A program made the position numbers and the translations under genes. A model generated the notes under the pieces. That model ran no database searches, had not been told where the DNA came from, and saw only the letters and a list, made by a program, of their open reading frames with translations. A DNA stretch of 64,000 nt from assembly GCA_044356295.1 (NCBI GenBank), contig JBIKWN010000001.1, positions 32,001 to 96,000 on the forward strand, in the 5' to 3' direction. Shown here in pieces: positions 1-9,745 of this stretch. Every line of letters begins with the position of its first letter. Within the stretch, counting starts at the first letter, position 1. Source of the stretch: Bdellovibrionota bacterium. GTDB taxonomy: Bacteria; Bdellovibrionota_C; UBA2361; JBIKWN01.

Positions 1-1
1 T

Positions 2-55
2 GAGTACTTCTCAAATTCAGAACTAGATAGAATTGTTGAAAAAATCTGCCTGTAA
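2..55 (+). CDS. parB: 3' end of ParB/Spo0J chromosome partition protein (partial)
   Basis: Manual translation EYFSNSELDRIVEKICL* resembles the ParB C-terminus (I.Y.S.EELERI). Position before a bactofilin and the atp operon fits common synteny. Only 17 residues are visible. Confidence 0.6.
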   Translation, partial: EYFSNSELDRIVEKICL

Positions 56-232
56 ATTTAGGGCTGTAAATTAGCAAAAATGAAAATTGGTGATGTTTAT
101 GTGCGCAATCAAAATAATCATGATACTCACTGCTAACTTGCTGAATAATTGACATAAAACCAAAATCAAAATTTGATTTTTTTAGCAGGACAAACTAGTC
201 TCAGTTAAACGAAATCTACTAAATTTCCCATT

Positions 233-682
233 ATGAGCTTTGGAAAACCTAAAGACGATTCAGACGATAAAAGAAATGCTTCTGCAGCTCTTCGACCGTC
301 ATTTGGCGCAAATGTTTCAACAGCAGCATCGGATGCAGTGCTTGGAAGAGGATCAAAAGTTGTTGGAGCTCTTACATTCACAGGATCTGTAGAGATAGAT
401 TGTGAAGTAGAAGGTGAGATTCATTCAAAAGAAAGACTAACTATTGGTGAAGCAGCTCAAGTGAAAGCTAAAGTTCACGGAACTGATGTCATCATTCGAG
501 GAACTGTCATTGGTGATATCTTCGCTACGAAATCTCTTCAGTTGAAAAAACCAGCAAGAGTAAGTGGCAATATATCAAGTCCGACTTTATCTATCGAAGA
601 AGGAGTTATCTTTGAAGGTAAATGTGCGATGACTTCGAATACTCAGGCAAGACCGGCCGAAATCAAAGTTGCACAAAACTAA
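233..682 (+). CDS. Bactofilin (polymer-forming cytoskeletal protein)
   Basis: Beta-helix repeats (VLGRGSKVVGALTF..VEIDCEVEGEI..LTIGEAAQVKAKV) and the terminal LSIEEGVIFEGKCAM motif. Confidence 0.9.
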   Translation: MSFGKPKDDSDDKRNASAALRPSFGANVSTAASDAVLGRGSKVVGALTFTGSVEIDCEVEGEIHSKERLTIGEAAQVKAKVHGTDVIIRGTVIGDIFATKSLQLKKPARVSGNISSPTLSIEEGVIFEGKCAMTSNTQARPAEIKVAQN

Positions 683-710
683 AATTCTAAGATTTACGAT
701 TTAAGGATCA

Positions 711-1769
711 ATGGAAACAATACTAAAGTTCCTCAATATCACTGAGCGCGAAGCCCAAGGAATTGCATTTGCAGTACCAATCTTTTTTCTTTATTGGAAA
801 CTATTAAACGCATACGTAGTAAAACATTTCGTCGCTCTCTTTGAAGAGAGAGAAGCATTAACTACAGGTGCTCAATCTGCTTCGCATGATACCTACGAAG
901 AAGCTAAAAAAATCACTGCACAAACAGAAGCAAAAATTCATCAAGCACGAGTACAAGCAAATCAACGCCGTAACGATGAAATTCTAGAAGCAAAAAATGC
1001 TGCTTTTACTATTGTGCAAGAAGCAGAGAAGGAAGCGGCTAATCATGTTCATAAAACAAGAGCAAGCCTTGATGCAGAACTAAAACTTCTTAATGGAAAT
1101 ATTGAACAAACTGTTAATCAACTTGCTAACGAATTGGCAGCAAAAATTCAGAAGCCAACTTCATCTGCTGTCCAAATATTTGCTCTGATTCTTTCTGCTT
1201 CTGTGTTTTCTATTCTTATAAGTACGCCAAGTTTTGCTTTCGCATCGGAAGGTCACAGTGCGGGTCATCATAGCGGTACCCCTGCAGACCTTATTCCTTT
1301 TGCCGTAAACTTTTTTATCTTCATCAGTCTTCTCATTCATTTCACAAAGAAGCCAATCGCAGATGCTTGGTCTAATCGTCTTAATGCTATCAGTACAGCA
1401 GTTTCAAAAGGTCGTACTGAAATGGAGCAAGCTCAAAAAATTCTTAGTACTGCAAAAGCTAGAGCTGGGTCTGTTGAAACAGAGATTGAGAGAATTAAAT
1501 TTGAAATTTCAAAAGGTGCAAAGACTGAATCACAGGAACTTTTAAAAGATGCACACGAAAGGGCACTTCGAGTTCGACAACAAGGTAAAAGTCTTGCTGA
1601 AGGTGATATTAATCACACGAAAGAAGAATACAGAACAAAACTTTCTAAACTTGTTGTTGAAAAAGCAACTGAGCTCCTTACATCTCAGGTTACAGAAAGT
1701 TCTGATCAAGTTCTGCGAAAAAATGCATTAAATCAGTTTGAAGGTCGAGTAAATACTATTATTCAATAA
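711..1769 (+). CDS. atpF: ATP synthase peripheral stalk, fused subunit b' + subunit b
   Basis: Two tandem b-type units (TM helix, then ER/NR motif, then A/E/K-rich coiled coil) joined by a signal-peptide-like segment (..SFAFA-SEGH..). Lies directly upstream of atpH. Confidence 0.85.
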   Translation: METILKFLNITEREAQGIAFAVPIFFLYWKLLNAYVVKHFVALFEEREALTTGAQSASHDTYEEAKKITAQTEAKIHQARVQANQRRNDEILEAKNAAFTIVQEAEKEAANHVHKTRASLDAELKLLNGNIEQTVNQLANELAAKIQKPTSSAVQIFALILSASVFSILISTPSFAFASEGHSAGHHSGTPADLIPFAVNFFIFISLLIHFTKKPIADAWSNRLNAISTAVSKGRTEMEQAQKILSTAKARAGSVETEIERIKFEISKGAKTESQELLKDAHERALRVRQQGKSLAEGDINHTKEEYRTKLSKLVVEKATELLTSQVTESSDQVLRKNALNQFEGRVNTIIQ

Positions 1770-1786
1770 GGATAGAAGAAAATACC

Positions 1787-2338
1787 ATGACCATACGAAC
1801 AACAAAGACATCAAAAAAATTTGCTAAAGCGCTTTTCGAGCTGTTGAAGCCTGAAGAAATTGAAGCAGTAAATGAACAGTTAAAAAAAGCTTCAGATATT
1901 TTTCTTTCTAAATCAGAACTCCTTTTAGCCCTTGTTGATCCAAGATATTCACTTTCAGACAGACTGCATGTAGTTGAAACTGTCCTTGAAAAAAGTGGGG
2001 CAAATAATATTAAAACATTAAACCTCATTAAGACTCTTACTGAATCCAGAAACCTTTCCGAGTTACAAGCAATAGCTGAATATTTCGATCGATTAGTTCA
2101 AGCACTGAAAAAAAGTCTTCACGTTGAAGTTGTAAGTGCGTTTCCAGTTAAAGCTGAAGAGATTGAGAACCTAAAGTCTTCGATAACAAAGAAATATGCT
2201 GGACTTGCAACTATTACAACTGAAATTGATAAAACATTAATCGGTGGAATGCAGGTAAAGGTCGGAGATAACGTTTTTGATAGTTCAGTTAAAGGAGCGC
2301 TCGAGAAAGTAGGGGCTTCACTGAGCGCAGGAAATTAA
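1787..2338 (+). CDS. atpH: ATP synthase F1 subunit delta
   Basis: KKFAKALFEL N-terminus, DKTLIGGMQVKVGDNVFDSSV C-terminus, operon position. Confidence 0.93.
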   Translation: MTIRTTKTSKKFAKALFELLKPEEIEAVNEQLKKASDIFLSKSELLLALVDPRYSLSDRLHVVETVLEKSGANNIKTLNLIKTLTESRNLSELQAIAEYFDRLVQALKKSLHVEVVSAFPVKAEEIENLKSSITKKYAGLATITTEIDKTLIGGMQVKVGDNVFDSSVKGALEKVGASLSAGN

Positions 2339-2368
2339 AAAAGAAAAGATTTTACGGAGTGAAATAGT

Positions 2369-3940
2369 ATGAGCATAGGTGCAAACGAAATTAGTCAAAT
2401 TCTTAAAGATAAAATCTCGAACTTCGATGCGAAAGCTGAAGTAAATGAGACGGGAAGCGTTATCTCTGTCGGAGATGGTATTTGCCGTGTCTATGGACTT
2501 TCAAAAGTTGCTTCAGGTGAGCTTGTTGAGTTTTCATCTGGTGCAAAAGGAATTGCTTTTAACCTTGAAGAAGACAACGTCGGTATCGTTATTATGGGTG
2601 AGACCTCTGAAATCCGTGAAGGCGATGTGGTTAAACGAACTGGTAAAATTGCTGAAGTACCAGTTGGTGAAGCACTTATTGGACGAGTTCTTGATGGACT
2701 TGGAAATCCAATTGATGGACTCGGAGATCTTAAAACAGACAAATTCAGACGTATCGAAATTAAAGCTCCTGGTATCGTAAACAGAAAATCTGTTCATGAG
2801 CCTATGCAAACAGGCTTAAAATCAATTGATGCGATGACTCCTGTAGGAAGAGGTCAGCGAGAACTTATCATTGGTGATAAAAAAACAGGTAAAACTGCTG
2901 TAGCACTCGATACGATAATTAACCAAAAAGGAAATGGAGTTATCTGTATCTATGTAGCAATCGGTCAGAAAAGATCTTCAGTAGTTCAAGTTGTAGAAAA
3001 ATTAAAAGAACACGGCGCAATGGATCACACGATTGTTGTTGCTGCGACTGCTTCTGAACCAGCTCCACTTGCATTCCTTGCACCATTTGCAGGATGCGCG
3101 ATGGGTGAGTACTTCATGGAAAATGGCAAACATGCTCTTATTGTTTATGATGATCTTTCTAAACACGCTGTAGCATACCGAAGTGTTTCACTTCTCTTAA
3201 GAAGACCACCAGGACGTGAAGCGTATCCTGGAGATGTATTCTATCTTCACTCTCGTCTTCTTGAGCGTGCTGCAAAACTAAGTGATGCAAAAGGTGCTGG
3301 TTCTCTTACAGCTCTTCCAGTAATTGAAACTCAGGGTGGTGACGTATCTGCCTATATCCCAACCAACGTAATTTCAATTACAGATGGACAAATATTTCTT
3401 GAATCAGATCTTTTCAACTCAGGAATTCGTCCAGCAGTAAACGTTGGACTTTCAGTATCTCGAGTAGGTGGTGCTGCACAAGTTAAAGCAATGAAAAAAG
3501 TTGCAGGAACTCTTCGACTTGACCTTGCACAGTTCAGAGAGAAACAGGCGTTTGCTCAGTTTGGATCAGATCTTGATGCAGCTACACAAGCACAGATTGC
3601 ACGTGGTGAAAGACTTGTTGAGATCTTAAAACAAGAACAATACAAACCAATGCCTGTTGAGTTTCAAGTTATCTCAATTCTTGCTGTAAACCTTGGATAC
3701 ACTGATAAATTAGCAGTATCACAAGTGCGTGATTTTGAAAGAGGGCTTCATGCTCATCTTAAAACTCACCATGCAATATTTGTTGAAGCACTTAGAACTA
3801 AAAAAGAGCTTACTAAAGATATCGAGGAAGAATTCAAAAAAATTACTTCTAAGTTTCTTGAAGACTTCTCTGCTGGAAAGACAGAAACAGTAAGTACTGC
3901 TACTTCAAATACTACTGATCAAGCTAAGAAGGCGGCATAA
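2369..3940 (+). CDS. atpA: ATP synthase F1 subunit alpha
   Basis: [47 protein letters not shown]. Confidence 0.99.
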   Translation: MSIGANEISQILKDKISNFDAKAEVNETGSVISVGDGICRVYGLSKVASGELVEFSSGAKGIAFNLEEDNVGIVIMGETSEIREGDVVKRTGKIAEVPVGEALIGRVLDGLGNPIDGLGDLKTDKFRRIEIKAPGIVNRKSVHEPMQTGLKSIDAMTPVGRGQRELIIGDKKTGKTAVALDTIINQKGNGVICIYVAIGQKRSSVVQVVEKLKEHGAMDHTIVVAATASEPAPLAFLAPFAGCAMGEYFMENGKHALIVYDDLSKHAVAYRSVSLLLRRPPGREAYPGDVFYLHSRLLERAAKLSDAKGAGSLTALPVIETQGGDVSAYIPTNVISITDGQIFLESDLFNSGIRPAVNVGLSVSRVGGAAQVKAMKKVAGTLRLDLAQFREKQAFAQFGSDLDAATQAQIARGERLVEILKQEQYKPMPVEFQVISILAVNLGYTDKLAVSQVRDFERGLHAHLKTHHAIFVEALRTKKELTKDIEEEFKKITSKFLEDFSAGKTETVSTATSNTTDQAKKAA

Positions 3941-3943
3941 ACC

Positions 3944-4843
3944 ATGGCAGGACTTCGCGATATTAAAAGACGATTAACGTCGGTAAAGAATACAAGAAAA
4001 ATTACCTACGCTATGAAGCTCGTTTCTGCAGCAAAGTTGAAACGCGCTCAAGATGCAGTTGTGCGGTCTCGTGATTATACGAAGTCATTAAAACGGCTTG
4101 TAACTGAACTTACAGTAGAACTTGGTGCAAAAGAATTTTCTCATCCATTGTGTGAAAATCGATCAGTTGTAAAAAACATTGCATTAGTAGTCGTAGGAGC
4201 TGGAAGGGGACTTTGCGGTGGTTACAATACAAACGTAAATCGTAAAATTGAAAGCTTTTCTAAAGAGATTAGAAAAGAATTTCCAGATGCTACTATTAAA
4301 AATTTTGCGATCGGTAAAAAACCTGCGGAATATTTAAGAAGAACTAATAAACAGATTGAGCTTTCACTTGAATCAATTCCTGAAGATCCTACTAAGTGGC
4401 CTCTTGAAGAAGTGCTAGAGAAAATTGAAAAACAATTCTTATCTGGTGAGTTAGACAAAGTATATATTATGTATACTCAGTTTCGCTCAGCTCTTTCAAT
4501 GACTGTAGAAGTTGAAACACTACTTCCAATGGCAACAACAATTTCATCTGAAGATGCATTGTTTGCACCTAAGAATAGTTTCCCAGGACAAACAATTATT
4601 GAACCAACTTTAGAAAATGCATTTTTAGCTGCACTTTCAAGAGTGTTTCGAGTCAGACTACTTCAAGCTTCGCTCGATGCGAAAGCATCAGAGCTAGCAA
4701 GTCGTATGACAGCTATGGATTCTGCAACGAAAAATGCAGGTGATCTTATTAAGCGACTTCAGTTGCAATACAACAAACTTCGACAAGCAGGTATTACTGG
4801 TGAACTTCTTGATATCATCGGTGGTGCAGAGGCAATTAACTAA
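3944..4843 (+). CDS. atpG: ATP synthase F1 subunit gamma
   Basis: KITYAMKLVSAAK, RGLCGGYN, SELASRMTAMDSATKNA, YNKLRQAGITGELLDI. Confidence 0.98.
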   Translation: MAGLRDIKRRLTSVKNTRKITYAMKLVSAAKLKRAQDAVVRSRDYTKSLKRLVTELTVELGAKEFSHPLCENRSVVKNIALVVVGAGRGLCGGYNTNVNRKIESFSKEIRKEFPDATIKNFAIGKKPAEYLRRTNKQIELSLESIPEDPTKWPLEEVLEKIEKQFLSGELDKVYIMYTQFRSALSMTVEVETLLPMATTISSEDALFAPKNSFPGQTIIEPTLENAFLAALSRVFRVRLLQASLDAKASELASRMTAMDSATKNAGDLIKRLQLQYNKLRQAGITGELLDIIGGAEAIN

Positions 4844-4852
4844 TTTTTTTGA

Positions 4853-6310
<1,458 letters not shown>

Positions 6311-6345
6311 TGTTTCTGGAATATTAAAAGATAAGGCGAATATAT

Positions 6346-6603
6346 ATGTCGTTTAAATTTAGACTACTTACTCAGGCAGGGCTTGTTACTGAAGTAAAAG
6401 CTACATCTGTCACATTACAAGGTGCTGATGGAGAGCTTGGTATATTCGATAATCATGCTGATTATATTGGTGTGCTTGGGAATGGAACATTAACGGTTAA
6501 TCTTTCCGAGGCTGGATCTTCGCCACTTAAGTTTTCTGCTACTGGTGGATTATGTCAGGTAAAGGCTGGGGATCTTGAGGTTCTTGCTGATTTAGTTGCT
6601 TAA
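6346..6603 (+). CDS. atpC: ATP synthase F1 subunit epsilon, N-terminal beta-sandwich only (85 aa)
   Basis: GADGELGIFDNHA and GGLCQV motifs, last gene of the atp operon, no C-terminal helices. Confidence 0.88.
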   Translation: MSFKFRLLTQAGLVTEVKATSVTLQGADGELGIFDNHADYIGVLGNGTLTVNLSEAGSSPLKFSATGGLCQVKAGDLEVLADLVA

Positions 6604-6790
6604 CTTAAGCTACTTGTTTCCCTTATTATAACACCTTCAATTGATTAGGTAGTTGCGACTGCTTGGCTGGGCAGCGTCACCATTTTAATCTTAGGAAATT
6701 CTGCCAAATTTAATATCTTTTTAAGATTACGATTCTGGTCTAAATTGACCAAGCATTAATTTAAATATGTAATTTTTCAAAGGGCCATGT

Positions 6791-7426
6791 ATAAAACATC
6801 CGTATAAAGCAATCTTAAAAACATTCTTAGTCTTTGCTTCGACCATATGCATTACGCAGACAAATAATTCCTTTGCAGATCCTATTTTAAATTATTCGTT
6901 CGTTGAAGCAGTTCATTCATCAACAAGTGATAACCTTGGGTTCGGATCAGGAAGTATTCCAGCGTTTGGTGTTAATGGATCATGGTCTCCATCAGAAAAT
7001 CTTTTTGTTCGCGGGTCATTTTTTCATCAAGATGATACTGGATACAATGCACATGGATTTTCATATTCATTTGGTGGATATGTTCCTTTAAGCAAATCTG
7101 TTCATCTTCTTGGTTCTTTTGGTTGGATAGATGAAAGAGCAAGCACAGATGCTGGTGACTCTGACAACGTACTCCCGAGAGATGTATTTAATAAGACTGA
7201 CTCGTTCATCAGCCCAGAATTGAGAATTAGCCTTTTTGATTCAACCGAACTAAATCTGGGATATACTCGTTTTCTAGACGAAGGAACAATTAATTCTACA
7301 AGCCAAAATAGCTATAAAATTGGAACAGTAATAAGAACAAGCCAAGACACTGCACTAGTTTTAGGTTGGGATATTTACGATTCTAATGCTCAAAAGTTTT
7401 CTGCAGGGATAAGAGCTTCATTCTGA
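6791..7426 (+). CDS. Outer-membrane beta-barrel protein (Ax21/YfaZ-like), probable ATA start
   Basis: The frame of ORF 7220-7426 is open back to 6773. Manual translation (M)KHPYKAILKTFLVFASTICITQTNNSFA-DPILNYSFVEAVH...FSAGIRASF* shows a signal-like N-terminus, alternating beta strands and a C-terminal Phe (BAM signal). The start codon is uncertain. Confidence 0.7.
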   Translation: MKHPYKAILKTFLVFASTICITQTNNSFADPILNYSFVEAVHSSTSDNLGFGSGSIPAFGVNGSWSPSENLFVRGSFFHQDDTGYNAHGFSYSFGGYVPLSKSVHLLGSFGWIDERASTDAGDSDNVLPRDVFNKTDSFISPELRISLFDSTELNLGYTRFLDEGTINSTSQNSYKIGTVIRTSQDTALVLGWDIYDSNAQKFSAGIRASF

Positions 7427-7455
7427 TTTTTCTAAAATCATCCTACGGTGCAACT

Positions 7456-7494
7456 AATCTCCTTAATTTCGTAAATGAAATTAAGGAGATTTTA
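7456..7494 (+). terminator. Perfect 15-bp inverted repeat, probable terminator
   Basis: AATCTCCTTAATTTC-gtaaat-GAAATTAAGGAGATT followed by T residues, 30 nt after the beta-barrel stop. Confidence 0.65.
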
Positions 7495-7519
7495 AAGTTT
7501 GTAGAGAATACTGTTTTTA

Positions 7520-7560
7520 GGTCACGCTCACGCCTAAGGTCACGTTCAAGGGTTACGTTA
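7520..7560 (+). repeat. Hexamer-periodic (GNTCAC-like) element, single arm of the repeat at 63755-63836
   Basis: GGTCAC GCTCAC GCCTAA GGTCAC GTTCAA. The 17-mer GGTCACGCTCACGCCTA is identical to 63801-63817. Confidence 0.75.
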
Positions 7561-7695
7561 TCTCCACTCTAAGGGCGAAGAGCCATACTTCTCTATCTGA
7601 TTGAAAATACAAACAAAATCAATGACTAACCTCGGTTAGTTATCAATGAATTTACTACCGACAAGACTCGTCTGTTAGTAGTATATTGAGAATGT

Positions 7696-8058
7696 ATGCA
7701 CAAGCTTAGCTACTTCAAGAAATTGTCATGCCTGGTTATTTGCCTGTATGCGGTAGTCGTATTCGTACCGAACTGCAATTGTGCTTCAAGAGAGAACCAT
7801 TGTCATAAACATACAACATCTGAAAAAAAACAATCCGAGAAAAAGTGTTGCATCAATCTTGCAACAGCGATTAATACACCTCCTTTACTATCTGAGACAA
7901 ACCTAGATCAGAGCGACTATCTTTCAACCAACAGTTTTCATGTACCTGTAATTTATAATAAAGCTTCAGATTCTCTGGTTGAGAAAAATCTAGAATTTGC
8001 AAACCGATTCAATCCACAATTTTTCTATAAAACTCGCGGTCCCCCATCCCTCGTTTAA
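7696..8058 (+). CDS. Membrane-targeted Cys/His-rich leader protein with C-terminal RGPP ribosome-arrest-like motif (DUF2946/CutF/CruR-like architecture)
   Basis: Basic N-terminus plus hydrophobic helix (aa 10-24), CxC 27-29, HCHKH 35-39, CC 51-52, RGPP at aa 114-117 three codons before the stop. Confidence 0.75.
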   Translation: MHKLSYFKKLSCLVICLYAVVVFVPNCNCASRENHCHKHTTSEKKQSEKKCCINLATAINTPPLLSETNLDQSDYLSTNSFHVPVIYNKASDSLVEKNLEFANRFNPQFFYKTRGPPSLV

Positions 8059-8102
8059 ATAATCTTCTTTATTTTAAAAAATTTATTTATTGGAAACTTA
8101 TT

Positions 8103-8333
8103 ATGAAAACTTTAAAACGTTTATTTACTCTTTCAGCTTTAACATTAGCTATGACTGCAGGTGCTCAATCTGTTTTTGCAGATTCGCATTCATGTAATGG
8201 TGACTGTAAAGACAAAAAAGAGTGCCATTGCAAAGACTGCAAATGTGGCAACGAAAAAGAGTGTACCTGCGACAAAGAGTGTAAAGCTGCAAGTTGCAAG
8301 GATCACCATAAAGGTCATGACGATAAGAAGTAA
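8103..8333 (+). CDS. Secreted metallothionein-like protein
   Basis: Sec signal MKTLKRLFTLSALTLAMTAGAQSVFA, then a 50-aa mature peptide with 10 Cys (three CxC) and 5 His, K/D/E-rich, no aromatic residues. Confidence 0.8.
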   Translation: MKTLKRLFTLSALTLAMTAGAQSVFADSHSCNGDCKDKKECHCKDCKCGNEKECTCDKECKAASCKDHHKGHDDKK

Positions 8334-8347
8334 CGTCTGATAGCTTG

Positions 8348-8385
8348 GCGAGGTTATGGATCTTGAAGAAGTAACCTCGCTTTTT
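8348..8385 (+). terminator. Rho-independent terminator
   Basis: GCGAGGTTA...TAACCTCGC stem followed by TTTTT, just after the metallothionein-like gene. Confidence 0.75.
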
Positions 8386-8410
8386 CCCTTTGATTATCTC
8401 AATGAACGTC

Positions 8411-9724
8411 TTAGGAATCTGACAGAGATAACATCTTTCCAACACGAAGCCCTTCTCGAACTGCGTAATTAGTACCTCTATCCTCAGGATAAACTTGTGC
8501 CATTGTTGTTAGGTAAAGATTCTCAATTGGCGTTTTTTCGGCTGGAATAAAAGAAGAGTAGTGTTTCGTAATAACAGGCTGACTATACGTTGCGCGCCAG
8601 CAAGAATATCCATGAAGCCAACTTTCTTGAAACTCTGGAAATATTTTCTTAATAAACGGAAGGCAGTATTTAAAGTATTCTTCATCTGAAAGCTTAAAGA
8701 GCTCTTCATCTGTTCCAAGATATTTTGAAATATAAGCGATATGCTCCCCTGCATAGTGAGATTTATCATCCATATTTGTGTGCTCAATGACTCCAACGAA
8801 AGGAAATGAAGGGTCTGAAACATTCAACCAGTACGTTGAAGAAAGTGATCTCTTTAATCGAAGAACTAAACAAACATTCCCAAGATACCTAATTGATTCG
8901 CACTGTTTTCGATACGCATCGGGTAGGGATTGAGTCATTTTGGTAAAAACAGGAAGAGGAACAGTCGCAAGCACGGTTTCTGCAAAGTGCTCAGTACCAT
9001 TTGCGCGCACACCGATAGCTTTTCCATCTTTTACAATAATCTCGGAAACTGAAGTATTTTTATGAATAACAGCACCATGAGAAACTAAAAACTTTTCAAG
9101 CGTATCTGTTACCCCTTTAAATCCTCCACGAATATACAAAAGCTCTTCTTTCGCTTTTTCATTTCGCGAAGCACCTCGTAGCTTTAACTTATTCCAAAAC
9201 CATACAGCAGAAATATTTTCAGCTTCTCTTCCAAACTTTCCTTTTAAAAGAGGTTTCCAAATAACTTCAAAGCTATCTTTTCCTGCAACTTTTCTTATCC
9301 AATCATACGCAGAGATATCCTCAAGATACTTCCAATCGGTAATATATCTAGCATAAAGAGCCATAATTCCAGTTCGAACTCGTGCAAAAAATGGAATTGG
9401 ATTGAATGAAAGAAGGTCAAACGGTTTTGCTAAACGAAATATAGAGTTTGCATAGAAAAGCCCTGTATTGGTTTCAACACGTTGTATAGCTGGTTCAAGT
9501 CCAAGCTCTTTAATAAGTCCAAGTATGTGTACATCGTTTGAAAACCAATGGTGATAAAACTTTTCAATAATAATGCCAGGCGAGATTTCAAATACACCTG
9601 CTAGTCCACCAATTTGAGATTCACTTTCAAAAATAGTTACAGGGATATTTTTTTTTACTAATTCAAACGCTGCAGAGAGTGCAGTATACCCACCACCAAC
9701 AATAATGACTGATTTTTCTGACAT
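8411..9724 (-). CDS. FAD-dependent oxidoreductase (protoporphyrinogen oxidase/amine oxidase-like family associated with glycosylation loci)
   Basis: IIVGGGYTALSAA dinucleotide-binding motif, IGGLAG, EKFYHHWF, YPEDRGTNYAV. Confidence 0.8.
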   Translation of the reverse strand: MSEKSVIIVGGGYTALSAAFELVKKNIPVTIFESESQIGGLAGVFEISPGIIIEKFYHHWFSNDVHILGLIKELGLEPAIQRVETNTGLFYANSIFRLAKPFDLLSFNPIPFFARVRTGIMALYARYITDWKYLEDISAYDWIRKVAGKDSFEVIWKPLLKGKFGREAENISAVWFWNKLKLRGASRNEKAKEELLYIRGGFKGVTDTLEKFLVSHGAVIHKNTSVSEIIVKDGKAIGVRANGTEHFAETVLATVPLPVFTKMTQSLPDAYRKQCESIRYLGNVCLVLRLKRSLSSTYWLNVSDPSFPFVGVIEHTNMDDKSHYAGEHIAYISKYLGTDEELFKLSDEEYFKYCLPFIKKIFPEFQESWLHGYSCWRATYSQPVITKHYSSFIPAEKTPIENLYLTTMAQVYPEDRGTNYAVREGLRVGKMLSLSDS

Positions 9725-9745
9725 GATTAATACGAAATAAAAAAA

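Noticed and set aside
6604..6772. Possible ncRNA or missing epsilon C-terminal domain after atpC
   Set aside because: No helical epsilon-like peptide or recognisable RNA motif was found by eye.
6903..7091. 62-aa His-rich ORF
   Set aside because: Alternative frame inside the beta-barrel gene.
8149..8445. 98-aa minus-strand ORF with several Cys
   Set aside because: Antisense shadow of the metallothionein-like gene and its terminator; no independent signals.
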